This document shows positions 62,971 to 64,000 of a stretch of 64,000 nucleotides of DNA, piece after piece. The DNA is taken from the NCBI RefSeq assembly GCF_006345805.1, contig NC_042999.1, positions 97,278,001 to 97,342,000 of the forward strand. The letters run 5' to 3'. The stretch is from Octopus sinensis. Lineage: Eukaryota. Position 1 is the first letter of the stretch. Each line of letters opens with the position of its first letter. Below the pieces are notes generated by a model. The model saw only the letters and a list, made by a program, of their open reading frames with translations. It did no database searches and was not told where the DNA came from. A program made the translations under genes and the position numbers.

Positions 62971-64000
62971 CTAGAAACAAAAACATAAAATATAATTTGA
63001 CATAAGATATGATTTAAAACTAAATTCTCACAAGTCTTGATTTTGTGAGGCTACTATCCTCTGGAAATACAAATTAGCAAAATACTTTTCTAGAACTCAG
63101 CAATAACAATATAAGAAACATAATATGCAAGTCCTAAAGCTATACCAAAAAGCTAACAGTTGCAACCTTATTTTTGATAATGATTTAAAAAATATTTTTG
63201 AGAGAATAAATAATGAAAAACACAAGGATAACAAACAAATATTAATATTACAAGAATGTAATGTAAAATTAGTGGCAAATTTTGCACAAAGTGACTTCAC
63301 TTGTGATGGATTATCACAAGAAATATTAGCATTAAGATAAAATTTATTGTGATATTGCATGTGTACTTTACTGCAAGTTGTTGGTCACTGGTGGAAAGTT
63401 AGTTGCAGAAATGTGACTAAATGGAATGAGAAAAGGAAGAAGAATGTAATTGATTGAAGAGATGATGGTTGTAGCTAGCAAAGTTTAAACCATTCTAACA
63501 ATGAGGATCAATCAATTTCTGTGAGACAAAACAACCAGTGTAATGCAGGTGACTATTTAGATCAGAGAATGAAGGTAATAACAACTTAGTAGAATTCTAA
63601 AAGGACATATGGTCAAAAGTTGCAGTAAGGTAAATGTCAAATTCATCTCCTAAAACAAAATTTACTGAGAAAAATATTAATCTGGATTAGATTGATTATA
63701 TTTTTAACAGCTTATTTTGTATAGCTGGCAACAGTTATAGAGTTCAGATAAAGAACATTTGCCCCAATAGTATGCTGATATCTATATTTGAAAAAAACAT
63801 GCTATTATAGCAAAAATGGGTATAAAATAAAAGAGAGGTAACAGCAAAAATAAGTTGAAAGAATTAAAGCCAAGAAACTTGAATTTTTAATAATGAAAGG
63901 AAAATTTTTTTTGAACTGTATATCTATAACTTTACAGGAAATACCATTTGAAGAATTTATCTTCATGTAGAATAAACTAGTACAGGTCAATCTGGTACAG

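Noticed and set aside
63440-63540. Upstream exon after the minus-strand acceptor ttgttttgtctcacag
   Set aside because: All three frames stop within 8 codons.

Overview
AT-rich, microsatellite-rich eukaryotic genomic DNA. The repeat families resemble those of octopus/coleoid cephalopods (inference, not searched). The window holds the 3' portion of one large minus-strand gene of the centrosomin / CDK5RAP2 / PDE4DIP (myomegalin) family. I traced 15 GT-AG exons by hand (62970 down to a TAG stop at 17857-17859). They splice in compatible phases into 4710 nt, i.e. 1569 aa plus stop; the N-terminus and CM1 lie beyond the right edge. The rest is introns and downstream DNA filled with transposon-derived sequence: a near-intact RTE LINE with a PHD finger inside its RT, older RTE copies, Penelope-like and R4/Dong-like remnants, several tRNA-derived SINE families, and Tc1/mariner, hAT, Helitron-like and foldback elements. 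Best leads: a divergent CM2 with three internal copies of a conserved coiled-coil motif; a possible hydrophobic-tailed intronic-polyadenylation isoform; a head-to-tail chain of about 10 SINEs with an R4/Dong-like fragment in one tail; and a 474-bp near-perfect hairpin in the 19.5-kb intron. No CRISPR array, rRNA or true tRNA gene was found. I saw no clearly new multi-gene system.
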